A stretch of 60,746 nt of DNA, counting the filler, from Sphacelaria rigidula (taxonomy: Eukaryota): NCBI GenBank assembly GCA_964200075.2. It is 10 parts of 10 records of this genome, joined end to end, with 100 filler letters (N's around TTAATTAATTAA, not from the genome) between each part and the next. Parts side by side here need not be neighbours in the genome. Positions count along the whole stretch, not along the records: positions 1 to 5,985 come from CAXNAA020022998.1; positions 6,086 to 12,070 come from CAXNAA020022999.1; positions 12,171 to 18,155 come from CAXNAA020023000.1; 7 more parts are not named here. One strand, given 5' to 3'. The notes under the pieces are model-generated. The model was not told the DNA's origin, did no database searches, and saw only the letters and a program-made list of their open reading frames with translations. Positions 1-12,860 of this stretch are shown in pieces. The position numbers and the translations under genes were made by a program. Numbering within the stretch: the stretch's first letter is position 1; each line of letters begins with the position of its first letter.

Positions 1-210
1 TCTTCGGCCTGATTGCCCAAAAGGGAGAAAAGAGTTGATCGCTGGTCCAAGGGGTATCTCCGCAACTTTTTCGCCATTCCACGTGTCTGGGCTGCGTGTA
101 CCGAGGTTGCAATGCTGAAATAAAGCCTAGGGATTGATTCGTCTCGAGTTGACTGATCATACTAAAACCAAGTAATTTTCAGACGAACCATTATTTGTCC
201 GACCCTTGAA
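1..210 (-). repeat. Dispersed repeat of unknown class, with other copies at 37625-37835 (+), 42442-42494 (+) and 6086-6150 (+)
   Basis: The reverse complement matches GAAATTACTTGGTTTTAGT...CAGCCCAGACACGTGGAATGGCG...CCAGCGATCAAC at 37625-37835. Three of the four copies sit at contig ends. Confidence 0.85.
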
Positions 211-1708
211 CGATTTCATGGAGCTGAAAATAACACACGATCTTTCAATCTGCGATGTGGACTTCGGTGACGTCCACACCACACCGCGTCCTTATCTGGC
301 CGAATCCGAACCCGAAACACCTGCGAACACGTGTATGCACGACTGTTCCCGTTGCCGCGGTATCGCCGCCAAGCATTCCGGCTAGAGCTGTGAAGTATAA
401 GTTCAAGAAGATGCGCTGCGCCATTTTTCTTGTCTTGCTTTAAACGCCTCCCCTTCCTCGGGACGAGTCCGTGGTCCCAAGGGATCAACCCATATCTCCT
501 CAGTACTATACGAGATAAATTTCAAGATTGAGGCGTTGGCCTGCAACTGCTCGGCCCAATAAACAATAAGCTACGTCAACAGTGTTGAGTGGTATTACGT
601 GAGATTTCTGCGCACACTGCGCGTATGAAATCAATGTAAATATATACCAAACCTGAAGCATGAAAAGTGCGCCCCATAAGTCAAAATTTTCACCTGTATA
701 GCTACTCCAGAAACATGAGGTTATTTGCAGACCATTTTACAACATGCGGAATCCCAAAGTTCGCTCGTCCACCCGCTGAAGAGCCACGAATAGGGCCGAT
801 TATTACGCGCTTCGGTGCTTCCAATATATGCGCAGAGAACGATGACCAATACAGGGAGTTTGCTTCAAGAGTATACCCACCATCACGAACATCCAGCAGT
901 AGCGTCACACACCTTGTACAGTTCCCGCGAGATCGCAACAGCTCAACAGTGTTCCACGACCCACCGGATCACGAAAGACCGACGCGCTGTAAGTTATGCG
1001 TCCAGGTATTGTGTCGATGCGGAGAGACTTGAAAACCATTTCCCGCGAGAAAGGGGCGTGGTCATTGTGGGGTCCGTGAACGGCAAATGAGCGGCAAAAG
1101 AGCCAAATGTGTGGGCGCCATGGTTGGAGTTGGCGCGTAGACTTTTTTGCGCGCGATGTGCCGCATCACGTACAGTGTAGAGAGCGATGGCCTAGCAAAG
1201 GTACGTTCTCGGCCGATCGGTGACCCAGATAAGGTACGATTGCAAAATACTTCCTAGATCAGGTATGCCTTGGCGAAATTTGGCCTACCACAGGTGAGCG
1301 GTTTCTGGAGGCGAGACGTTCGTTTTCGCTGGGCCATATCTCTCGAGTAACATCCTTTTTTTCCGTCTTCTTTCGAGGCCCAGGTGCCAATGCCCCCCGC
1401 GAATGATGTTCGTGAAAAATTCAGAGCGGAAACGGTCAAACTGACGTTTCTGGCCATTTTTCGTACCTTTCTTGGGCAAAAAACCAGAAAATATAATTCT
1501 TCTAGGCTATTGTCCTTCATTCAGTTTTCTTTGTTTTCATTGGATACGTGCACTATAGTAAGGCGCCTGACGCTGGGAGTGGAGAGACAGTTTTCAAAGG
1601 TTGAGCCTACTTCATCTCGAAGGATGCTTCATGATTCTATCAGGAAATATTCACCCCAATATCTTCCATTCCACATTTTGCGCGGCGTGTGTTTCCTGTT
1701 CTCGATAG

Positions 1709-1906
1709 GTGGAAGGCGTCGTGACTGAGGGGCTCCCAAGCGCGATGTTTCGTGTCGAGGTGGGCGCAACCGGAAAGGTGGTGTTGTGCACCATCAGTGG
1801 AAGGATACGCAAAAACTTCGTCCGCATTTTGGTGGGAGATCCGGTGCGAGTGGAGCTTTCGCCCTACGATATGTCACGGGGCAGAATCACATTCCGTTAC
1901 AAGTGA
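1709..1906 (+). CDS. infA: Terminal exon of bacterial/organellar-type translation initiation factor IF-1 (S1/OB fold)
   Basis: [17 protein letters not shown]...[41 protein letters not shown] is the IF-1 signature. It is preceded by a pyrimidine tract and AG (1707-1708) rather than an ATG. Confidence 0.93.
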   Translation: MEGVVTEGLPSAMFRVEVGATGKVVLCTISGRIRKNFVRILVGDPVRVELSPYDMSRGRITFRYK

Positions 1907-2275
1907 GTGCGCTTCATTGGGAACGTGTTCGAGGTGTCAGTTATGCACGCAACCAGGACTGCCTGAGCGTGGCAATAGAGTCCGTTTTTATGCGCATGCA
2001 GCGAAGCAGCATCGGACGTATTATACTCAAGGAGCCTGGTAAACGCTGAAGGGCAAGGCTGTGCCCCTGATTTGGAATGTACACATGGCTCAGCTTGAAA
2101 AATGATAACGGCAGTAAGCCTTCACGCACCCACTTTCGTACTCGTGCTCAGACGTCCCCCTACTGCTACATGAATAGACCTGTTGTATCACCGCAATGTT
2201 GAATCCCCACATTCAACCAAGTCTACTTCAGTCCACCTGAGCCCCCTTCGCAATGTGTTGAATGGATGACATGAG

Positions 2276-2978
2276 GTGCCGGACTTTGTGACACCGGTTT
2301 CGGTTGACGGGCCATATCTTCATCAATATTTACTTGTTTTAGGTTGTTCTTTGTAGTATTGATCTCCATCGCAAATGCCACAAGAGTTGTTCAGGGACGA
2401 AATCAATTGAGACGTTCCTACAAAGTCATGGTTTTTGTTTGGGTTTTCACAGACGTTTTGGGGAGGGGATGAAACTTTTCGTCCAATATCTCGTCAACCA
2501 CTATCGTGTCATGTGTGAGTTTTTTTTTTTCGTCGTTGATTACGACGGGGTTTGAGCTGGCGAACACGAAAGCGCCGTAAAAACACACACCACACTTGGC
2601 AAGTATATGTTCACATTTGAAGGGGGACTTTTCGAAAAAAAATGGTTCTTAATTTTTTCGGGTTCACCCGCACAAGGTTCGGGAATGGAACCGGTTCAAC
2701 AAAATAGAACCGAAAGAGAGCGTCAATAATCTGCAACCTTTCCCGGTTGGTTCGCCGTGGTTGTTGAGAAATGGGGGATTTAGTGGGGGTGAAGCACCTC
2801 CCGCAACGATGGTGATAAGTCCATAACTTGTGATCAAGAAGGAGTCCACCGCTTTTGAATAGCTTGTTCGAAGGCCGCTGGCGAGAGCCTTCCAACGCAT
2901 ATTTGTTTGTCTCTCAATTCTTGAGGGGTCCTTTTTTTTTCAACCCGCCCGATAACGGCGGGACAAAGTCCGGCACTG
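2276..2978. mobile_element. Non-autonomous DNA transposon/MITE of about 700 bp, possibly Tc1/mariner-like
   Basis: Perfect 14-bp inverted repeat GTGCCGGACTTTGT (2276-2289) / ACAAAGTCCGGCAC (2963-2976). The right end reads TA-CAGTGCC on the minus strand and the left terminus is degenerate. Confidence 0.55.
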
Positions 2979-3339
2979 TAGCGTCACCAAATGACCGCTG
3001 ACCTTCACTCAGAAGCTTGATGCCACGCATGTGCGCAATTCTGCAGGAGCTCTGTGGCGTGATACCACTCTACTCTTGTCGCTACCGCGCTCTTCCCTTC
3101 GCCTTCGCCCCTTGTCCACTTGCTTTCCGCGCTAGGAAATGATGGGTGGTCAGAGTTCGATCACAAAAGGTGCCCTGGGCGGTGGCGTAATGGACGGTGT
3201 ACGAGCATTGACGCAGCATCGTCGAGCTTGGCTTTCGGAAATGTTGTGTTCCCGTTCGCTTGGTCATACAGCACCGTACGGTAGTTTTCGCAACATGTGA
3301 AGTATTTAGATAGTGAGTTTCAGCCATCGGAATCTAAGT

Positions 3340-3786
3340 TCATAGACGAATCCCTTCCTTCATTTTGACAAGGTCGTAAATTGTACGATTCACTGGGGTA
3401 GGCACCTGCAGTAACGCACCGTGTTTTACGACGAATCCGTTTATGTAGTCTATTTCTGTACGTCGCTTCGATGCAATATCCATGTGCATGCTGGAGATGT
3501 TTCCGGCATTTTGGCCAATAACCGAGAGCACGTTTGACAGCAAGTCATTCGGCACTCTCACGTTGGCTGCCTCAGCCACTTTTCTTACTTCACCGCACAG
3601 AGTTCCAACTAATTCTCTACCGTAGCTGGTTTCAGTGATATCTCCATTCCGGCACTCCAAAAGCGCTGTCAATCCGTTGATGGAGGCGTTCACCGCCAGT
3701 TTTTCCCACAGAATGCGCTCCATGTCATATTCCAACGAAACATCAAGCCCGCTCTGATCCAACGACGCAGCCACAGCAGCAGCCTC
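3340..3786 (-). CDS. panE: Terminal exon of ketopantoate reductase (2-dehydropantoate 2-reductase, ApbA_C domain)
   Basis: Contains LWEKLAVNASINGLTALL, NISSMHMDIASKRRTEIDYINGFVV and PTPVNRTIYDLVK. The acceptor is TTGTCTTCAG, and the exon is 447 nt in phase 0 up to the stop. Confidence 0.92.
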   Translation of the reverse strand, partial: EAAAVAASLDQSGLDVSLEYDMERILWEKLAVNASINGLTALLECRNGDITETSYGRELVGTLCGEVRKVAEAANVRVPNDLLSNVLSVIGQNAGNISSMHMDIASKRRTEIDYINGFVVKHGALLQVPTPVNRTIYDLVKMKEGIRL

Positions 3787-5985
3787 CTGAAGACAAGAGC
3801 TTGAATTAGTTGGAACCCCCAGGAAAGTTTTGCCAAAGCCGGCGTGGACGCAATTGAACCTGCGGAGCCAAGAGTTGCACGAAAATGCACGAACGACGTA
3901 CTAATATTATTTTCGCAGATTAGTTCGATCTCTCGCACCCGTGGTCGCAGACGTGCGCTCGTCTTTCCAATACCGTCAGTGCTACAAACAGGGATCTCAG
4001 ACGAGAAACCTGTCACACGTTATTTCTCCTTCTACCCGGCATATCTCTGTCTGGCGTTACATGGAATACGTGCTTCGACACTATTGATGAGTATCACGAG
4101 GGCGATAGGAAAGCGATAGTCTGGGACGGAATTTCTTGGGCCATTTGCTACATTCCAAACGTCATTCCCACCCATCATGACAGACCATCTCAAGACGGCA
4201 GGCTCAAATGTATTTCGCAGTGCACTGATGGTGTGTCATAGGGGGTGGGAGTTCGTTGGGGTCGAATCACTTGAGGTTCGGGTAAGTACGACCAGATTGT
4301 CGAGGATGCACATTCTTCCACAACGGAAATGGGAACTTTCAAACAGGAAAAAGGTCGTGGAGAGCAGGTTGCAAATTTTGGATACCTTAGTACCTCCGAA
4401 TTGACTGTGTAGTGTGCAACTTGCTGAAGCAGAATACACCCAACACTTGGAACTTCTTTGAAAATGTTCCTTGTCTCTCAGAATCAAGATATTGTAAATG
4501 AACACCAAGTTTCATGCATTTCAATGAGTCTTGTCCACGTGAGGTACGCACCAACATCCGATATCTGAGCTGTTGGGATACCCAAAAGTTTTGGGCTGGC
4601 AAAACTGCATAGCTCGAACTGCGGCGGTGGGCCTGTCTAACCGTGATAATCTTGCTGCGCAAGGGGAAGGGTGACAGTGGCCTTCAGAGCAGGGGAAGGG
4701 ACACTTCCCACCAGTCATTCGTGTAGGTACGTGAACGACTACAGTGCACCCCCACCGGGCTGTCTGCAGACCCGGGTACACACAGCTCGTACGGTGCCGT
4801 TTGCTATGTATACTCATGAGCAGTGTCCGACGTGTGAAACATTGCATGCGCCCCCCCCCCTCCGATTGATAAGACGGGTTATCTGTGTGTTCTAGTCATT
4901 TTTCAAGTCAATGTGTTGCGATGTCACCGCATGACCCGTCTGGCGGTCGACGGGTTGAAAAACGGGGGAAGGAAATCAACGAGGGGAAGCATGAAAAATA
5001 ACTGCACCCACATACAAATACTGGATGTAGGTCGACCTTTGGGGGGCGAGGGTACTCTGAATCCTGTTGTAGTAACCAGGCTGCCACGCGTAATAAGGCA
5101 TCTGACCCTGGAGTTGTAAATGCCAAACTGCCCACTGGTCATCTGCTGGACGTGCGTCCTACACAATGAGGTGAAAAGGTCGCGCTGTACACGGTTGCGA
5201 GGTACCAATGCCCGCAACACAATACATCAGAACACCGCAGGGATCTCCTACAATCCTATCCCTGTCTTGTAGCTTTCGAAGCCCTGCTGGTGCGCTAAAC
5301 GTTACAGATACATACATGGTCGGCATCGAGGATCATGATACTCGAGGATTTGAACACACTTGTTTGAACCCAACGTACACCATCGCGAATGAATGAAGTG
5401 CCATGTACTGTTCATTTGAGTTGGGAGGCTAAACGAATGTCTATACAAGGATTGATGCGTCCTTGAAAAAATGTTCGATTATTTTATATCTCACGTGAGA
5501 CCAAACTTTGCTGGGGGGGGCGGGGGGGGGGGAGAATTCTGAACCCAGGTAAAGAAGCTTCCAGATGTCGTTAGATTTCCGAAGCTGAAGGTGGTTAATT
5601 ACGTGTTGGGAGTATATTCCTGGACTCGCAGCAAAGATGCACGCTGTTATAGAGGAATAAATCGGTATAAGTCTGTTGCGAGTCAAGAAGATCGAACAGG
5701 TGTACCGAGTGGGTGAAAGAGAGAGGCGGCTGAATCCTGGAGTTGCCTGGAGCCCACGCCGCATCGTACGGTATTCAGAGAGTGTGCCACTCTCTGACGC
5801 CGAAAGTAAGGGCTTACTAGACCACAATATCCCGTCCGTACCAAACTGGAAATACATATGGTCAGCCCCTCTAGAGCGAGCACAGGGAGTAGTCGAGAGC
5901 GTGTTACGGGAGGTTCATGTGGCGATGCTACATGTAGCAGTGTTTTCGTGAGATTGAGGTAGATGATACGATTGATAGTGGCTTT

Positions 5986-6085
5986 NNNNNNNNNNNNNNN
6001 NNNNNNNNNNNNNNNNNNNNNNNNNNNNNTTAATTAATTAANNNNNNNNNNNNNNNNNNNNNNNNNNNNNNNNNNNNNNNNNNNN
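5986..6085. other. Artificial contig-joining linker N44-TTAATTAATTAA-N44. Identical linkers lie at 12071-12170, 18156-18255, 24241-24340, 30326-30425, 36411-36510, 42495-42594, 48579-48678 and 54663-54762.
   Basis: Nine identical 100-bp spacers with a core that gives stops in all six frames. The segments between them are 5985 bp (six) then 5984 bp (four), as expected for size-sorted contigs. Confidence 0.98.
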
Positions 6086-7787
6086 GGATACCCCTTGGAT
6101 CAGCGATCAACTTATTTCTCTCTTTTGGGCAATCAGGCCGAAGAAATCGTGGGATGATTTGTCCTAAACGTGAAACGTCTCGATACTGGATCACAAATAC
6201 CAAGCACATGATGTGCACCGGTCTCAATCTAAACCGTTACCGAGCAAGTCATATGCTCCCGTTCACGTACGAACAATACCCGCCCAAGTGCTGCTGTTCC
6301 TGTGGTTTCTCATAACCATCTTGGCAAATACCGCACAAATTAATTGACCAGAAGTGCTGTACAGGAACGAAATGAATGAAGTACCAACGTCGGTCAACAT
6401 CACGTGCCCTCAGTGGGACAGAGGTGAACGTCTGCAATCTCTGGTGAACTGGCCGAACTTTCAATGCCCGCCAGACCGCTTCCAGATATTTTTTTGTTAT
6501 TATTCTTACATTATTCCTGCTTGACATTCGTTTCCAGTTTTGTTTCAAGGATTCTACCGTTTCTTAGTTGGTGGACTCGCGCGTACTGAAGCATGATTGC
6601 CCCATAATACGCACCACACGAAATCACACGCGGCCGGAATTGAGCACATCGTTTGTTTTATATCCGGAGGAGAATGACCATGTCTTTCACGGTTTGTGGT
6701 CAGTGAACGAGTGCTTGATATTACTGGGTGTAGCTCTGGTTTCAGCCTGTAGTGTTTCTTCTTTTGGCTACGAGAAACTGCCTGTGTTCAGTAGGCTAAG
6801 CGTACATCTGAGTCATGCCAACAACAAGTCTACAAACGATTCCGTGCTGTTCGAATATTTGGGTATAAGCTACAGTCGTGAGTTGCTTGCCACACGCGGA
6901 AGAAACCCTCACGAAACAAAACACCGCACATGATCGTGGTGGCTGTTCCCTGTACCAATGGGTACCGGGGTGAGCAGTCACCTTCCAAACTTTACCGTGC
7001 ACTACCGTGGTGGTTGGATACCGCGGTAAGTCGTACCTACCTCAAAAGGACATGGAGGAGTAAATCTCGGAGAACACAGCGGCGGTGAAACGCTCATCAC
7101 CAACAAACTAACGGTAAATGCAACGCTGCCAGTCAATGGTTCGCGGGTGATGAAGGCGTCAACACCCACCTAACCCTTTTGTGCCCCACGCCGTGTTGGT
7201 ACCACATGAAGATAGGGTTGACAGTGTGCTTTTTTATTTTCCGGTGATGCTAAACCACTTACATCAGCGAAAGGTGGAGCGAAAAAGCGACCAGCGACCA
7301 CAGACGGGCAGTTCATTTTACGGGGCCGTGAACGGGCAGCTCTGCCTAGTGAGGTTTACACTGGCCGCGGTACATGACGTTTTCCCAGTTATTCGGCTTT
7401 GCCGATGAATTGGGAAAACATCGGCAGCGAGCGGCGAAGCGCAAGTCTCAACGCCCTCTACCGGCTGGTGAGGGGGGCTCGCGGGAGCGCCGCGGGGGGC
7501 AAGAAATACTGCGGTATTCGGCTTGTGTTTCCTTCAAAGATGTGGATAGCTGTGAAACCTGCGACCGCTTACACTGAGGAGCTAACGGGCTTGGATAACA
7601 TTCAAATCCCATTCACTGAGGTGAGCGATTCGAAATCACTAACCTGTGGCATGTCGCAGCAGAGACTCTCCGTGAGAGGAGGAAGGTGGGAACAAGGAAG
7701 CCAAGGCTGGCAGCATGTGGGGATAAGAGCGCGATTCTTCTTCACGTCCAGACCGACAAACATGCATGTAATTGAATAGCAAGTCAG

Positions 7788-8232
7788 AACACGGGATCTT
7801 ACAAATTGGGGATGGACATTTCATTGGGGATGAGGAACCCAGATAATTAAAAGCTTCGTATCCACACCAAATCTTCGAAATATGGTTCTATTTCTTTACC
7901 TACTCATAGCTATTGACAAGTGCTACACGCCATAGAAATTTGGATTTCGATCACCGAAACGTTGGGGTCCTAGGTGAAAAACCAATTTTGGGGAATTCCG
8001 GGTGTCCGAACGGACGCCAAAGTGGTTCCGGAATTGATTTTTCACCTGGTACCCCCAACATCTCGGTGATTAAAATCCAAATTTCTACGGCGTGCAGCAG
8101 TTGTCAATAGCTATGAGTAGGTGAAGAAATGGAACCATATTTCGAAGATTTGGTGTGGATAAGAAGATTTTAATTCTCCGGGTTTCTCATCCCCAATAAA
8201 AAATCCATCCCCAATTTATAAGATCCCGTGTT
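7788..8232. mobile_element. Foldback MITE of about 445 bp, almost entirely palindromic (family A)
   Basis: AACACGGGATCTTACAAATTGGGGATGG ... CCATCCCCAATTTATAAGATCCCGTGTT with arms of about 200 bp. A second copy lies at 45243-45645 and end fragments at about 42655-42690 and 43419-43450. Confidence 0.88.
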
Positions 8233-9337
8233 TCATTATGTAATTTGTATTTGTGGTCGTTGTCGTTATTGTTTTCGGATGTCGTGGAATGAAACGACAG
8301 ACCTTGGCATATACCCGCTGTATCACTTTGAGGTGTAGTGAGCATATGCTGCATCCTGTTCAAGACGCTCTTCATCGTGCCATTGGCAAAGGGAAACTGG
8401 GGTTTGGCGTTCGGCAGTCCCGCATCAAGCGTCCCGCCGCATACAAATAACACCTAAATTGTGTTTCATGTTCCTCATTCGACTGACCAGTCGTCGACCT
8501 ACACGGTACGGCCGGAAAGACGTGAAACTGCAGAACCACGAGGTAGCAACGAAGCAGAGGGGAAGAAGAAAGTAGAAGCCACCCCGAGTAGTAAACTAGC
8601 GGGTGGCCCAGGGCAAACCCGTTCTCCATGTGCCATGTTTTACCACCATAGAAAATCGGACCCATGCTGTAAAAGTCGACCGAAACACGAAGCCTGAACC
8701 TGTGCACCGTTGGGTCACGCGTCGCTGACGCAATCGATTTCCGTCGACGCCTTCAAAGCGCCATTCGTCTCAATTACACCCCATATTCCTCTGCAACTGT
8801 ACAGTGCAGGCCTCAATTGTACCATAATAGTGTAAGCATCGTTGTTGTAAACTCATCAAACTAAAGCTGATATAAAAGTAGCCGACAAGGGCAAACCTCG
8901 AGTAAACTGGATAAATTGGCGCCCTCGTCGCCAGTTGCACTTTAACTGCAGTTCCAGTCTAATCGACAGTATAAACTGGTGCAGCTCACAGCCCTATGAG
9001 GTTTACTTTATACGGGACAAGCATGCCTCGGGGACATACGTCGCATAAATAATCAAGTAATTCCACACAGAACGGCAAACAAGCATGCCCTGAAGAAGAG
9101 ATTATTCGTCAAAACGTGTACTGCATACAGTATCGATTGTTGTGTCTAGTGCAATACAGTGATCATCAGTTCAACCTACGCACGCCGCGTACAAACCGCT
9201 TTGGGGCGCATGTACTGCTGAGGCAAAGCTACCTGCAGCTCCAGCCTATACATGCTTGAAGTTTCAGTGTCATCAGAACCCAAGTGCGCTGTGTTTGAAC
9301 GCCCAATCTTCCGGATTACTCTGTTTGTTTTCCCGCG

Positions 9338-9697
9338 ACCGGCCGTCCCGGTGGCTCAGTTGGTAACCTCGAAACCTGTTGACGGTCGGGTCGTGGGTTC
9401 AATTATCGGAGCGATCTGGATTTTTTTCTCACACCATGCCCAATAGTGGAGAGCGACCATGTCGTGGGTAAAAAAAATTCGACTCAACGGTCGACGAGGG
9501 AAAGGGGCTGCTGAACCCAACGCGCAATAAAAAATAAAGGCAGGCGCCGCAGAAGGAAGGTGGGGTACAAAGAACAAATGAGAAAGAAAAAGTCTGTGTT
9601 GACCTTCATCCGGTGTGACCCCGGCTGATGCGCCCACATATACCGAAAGGTATAGACCGGCGGCCAGAACAGAAGGGACGACAACACACACACACAC
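9338..9697 (+). mobile_element. tRNA-derived SINE, family 1, near full length
   Basis: A box TGGCTCAGTTGG, B box GGTTCAATT, conserved body (CCGCAGAAGGAAGGTGG; GTGTGACCCCGGCTGATGCGC) and a (CA)n tail. Confidence 0.8.
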
Positions 9698-10129
9698 TGA
9701 TGATGACGGCACAACACTGGATATAATACTGTAGTACTGACCGTGGCTGGTGAGGTATGATGGAATGAATGCACTCACTCTCTTGAGACTTTAAAACCAC
9801 TGTGACTGATTTACATCACGTGTGCCTATCTCCCCGCTGAAGACCAGTCAGAGAGACGTACTGCAGGTCGTTCGTGAGGCTAGGGCCAAGGGGGGAAACA
9901 CCATCGCCCCCATCCCGTTCTACAGTACCATCTCCGAGCCTACTGCACGTACTTTTGTTCGGCAAGTTGCGACACTCCGATACCTGACTTGTCTAGGGTG
10001 TGAGATATCACACCACTTACTTCATCGGACGAAACTTTCACGAAGTATGATGACTTGATGTTAGTGTGTACACTGACCTTCGATCTTCAGTGGGGTTGAC
10101 ACTCCCAAATGCTCCTACCGTAGCGTGAG

Positions 10130-10270
10130 CAGAACACGTTTTTGTCCAAATCCGCGCCTTAGGCCCCGGTTTGAAGTCTGCCAACGCACACTTTGCCTGG
10201 AGCGCCCTCTGCACTCTCCTCGCCCGAGGGTTCACGGTATGCCTGTAGTTGGGGTCAGACTTACCGTTAT
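10130..10270 (-). repeat. Copy of the dispersed element associated with telomere-like repeats
   Basis: The reverse complement AGGCATACCGTGAACCCTCGGGCGAGGAGAGTGCAGAG matches the sequence starting at 16058 and the reverse complement of about 38065-38095. Confidence 0.65.
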
Positions 10271-11907
10271 TTCGAATCAGAAACATTTCAAGGCAGCCGT
10301 TCAAAGAGCCATTCGGCCAAGTGACGATACGATCTCATAAGGCTTTGACTGCAACCCCCCATCAGTTAGACCTAGATGGACCAGGCCACATTCAGAGTCT
10401 ACAACGCTGTTTCTTCAACAGACAAGAACGCTTTATCCACGAACACATGGATTTCGGCATATACTTCCTCTGACCCAGAAGTAAAGGTACCTAACGGCGA
10501 TACCTTGTTTAGGTATGCCAGTGGTGGCGACGATGGTGTGGTTGGTTTCGTTAGAAAGGCAAAGCGCGGACGAAGCGGATGAAAACAAAACAAAAAACAA
10601 TTTTCATCACTAAACCTATGTCGAAATATACCCCATTTTGATCCATTTCCCCCCCATCATTGACCGATTTTGGACGTCTTCACGCCGAGCACTAGCAATT
10701 ACATGCTAACGAAATGTTGGATGGGGCGTGCGTAGGTAAGTATCACCGACATGTCCAAAATCAAAGGTGGTTTCGCGATTTTCACATTTTTGGCCCATTA
10801 CTCGCGATATTTCGTGTTCCCGGGTCTATGGTATCATGTTTTCCTGGGAAAACGAGCGAAAATGGCCGTTTTTGGACCGACCTACTTTTCTCGGCCTCGC
10901 GGCTGCATTTTTCAAGCACGAGCTGCAAATTTTAAACACATTTTCTTAAGCAAAAAACACCGTAGAGTTCATTAAAAAAAAAAGAAACGATCCGACGTCG
11001 TTAAGGGCCCGTACAATTTTTAGGTACCTTTGCTTATGGGACAGAGTGAAGTATACATAAATGATAGGCCAGGAAAATCCCTGACCGGTTCTGAGCTCGC
11101 AACAGAGTACATGCAGAGTTACAATGTACCTCGTCGCTGAGCAGTTTTTAGTTTTGGTGGGCACATGCTTCTTATGATTTACGAGCGGCGCACGCGGGCA
11201 GTCGCCACTGACGCGAAATATACAACCAACATACATCCTGTGCTATCATCCATGCTTTCGCAGCAGTTCTGGTACTGTCAGAGCAGGGCTGCCATACCTT
11301 GAGCGTATGTTGATCATTCACGCATGTCACATCTTCTCAACTGCCTCCTCTCTTATTTAACTGTCGGTACTGCTGTTACTCTACCGCACATGCATGATAC
11401 GAACATAATGGTATGAAGCAGTCAACATGCCGCCGCTCTCTAGTGAGCACGGTGTACTTACTGCCCGGGAAACACTGGAACAGCTCGAGCATGTTTCGAT
11501 CTTACACGCATGCCTCATCGTCTCAACTACAAGTCCATATTCTTCCGCTGTCTTTGAACTACCGCAGCTGCAGCCGATTCTGCTACTCTAGCGAAATCAA
11601 AGCCCACAAACACAGGCCTGGATGGCATGACACATGTTCGTTGAATCATTGTGATATCCGGCACATAAGCGTTCGCGTCCTGGATTCATCGTCCAATCTC
11701 CCGGGTCTGGGAGCCAACCACCAGGAGGCTACAATTTTCTCGGCCGTTGGGTTTCGGCCTTTTGGCAGGTGTAAGTCACAACAAAATGGGCATGGTTGTG
11801 ACTGTTCCGCGTATCTTCTGCGGAGATGGCGGTACGATCACCACTTGCACCAAAAAGGGTACAGACGAGAGTGTGGACTGCACTTGAGCATTATGAGGGT
11901 CCACACT

Positions 11908-12070
11908 CCCGCGCCCCGGTGGTGCAATGGTCCGACTGTCGCCGATAGGGTGGAGAGAACGGGGGTTCGATTCCCAATGCGCTGGGTTTTCCCTTCGTCA
12001 TGTATGATTTCGACCGTGGAAAGCGTGAGAACGTGCCTAAACAAAATAGTCGACCGGGTTTGTGTGACGT
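11908..12070 (+). mobile_element. tRNA-derived SINE, family 2, truncated by the contig end
   Basis: CCGCGCCCCGGTGGTGCAATGGT (A box) ... GGTTCGATTCCC (B box), then a body shared with 54478-54662. Confidence 0.75.
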
Positions 12071-12224
12071 NNNNNNNNNNNNNNNNNNNNNNNNNNNNNN
12101 NNNNNNNNNNNNNNTTAATTAATTAANNNNNNNNNNNNNNNNNNNNNNNNNNNNNNNNNNNNNNNNNNNNCGTTGTAGGGATGCGAGTCCAATGGTCTTA
12201 CGACTATGGCATGCATGATCATGA

Positions 12225-12626
<402 letters not shown>

Positions 12627-12860
12627 TAAAATTGGAAATTTGGACGGAGGCCGACGGCGGAACCGCCGGCGTAGGACATGTATGTGTGGTATTCTCGTGC
12701 CACAAAGACATGAAGGCGGGAGACACTCCCGAAAAATTGGAATGCGTGGAACAGTCTTGACATGTTCTTTGTACATCACTGTGGCTTCCACATCACCCGG
12801 CCCTTTTTTCAAACAGGGTGATTGTTTTTGCGGCAGAACATTCCTGTCTTGTTATGCTGC

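Noticed and set aside
1709..3786. Bacterial operon or contaminant (infA plus panE)
   Set aside because: The genes are convergent, both begin at splice acceptors, and the contig carries a repeat shared with other contigs.
9338..9420. Functional tRNA genes at the SINE heads
   Set aside because: The stems are degenerate and each head continues into a conserved non-tRNA body present in many copies.
11413..12126. 237-aa ORF
   Set aside because: It reads through a SINE and into the N linker, and shows no recognisable domain.
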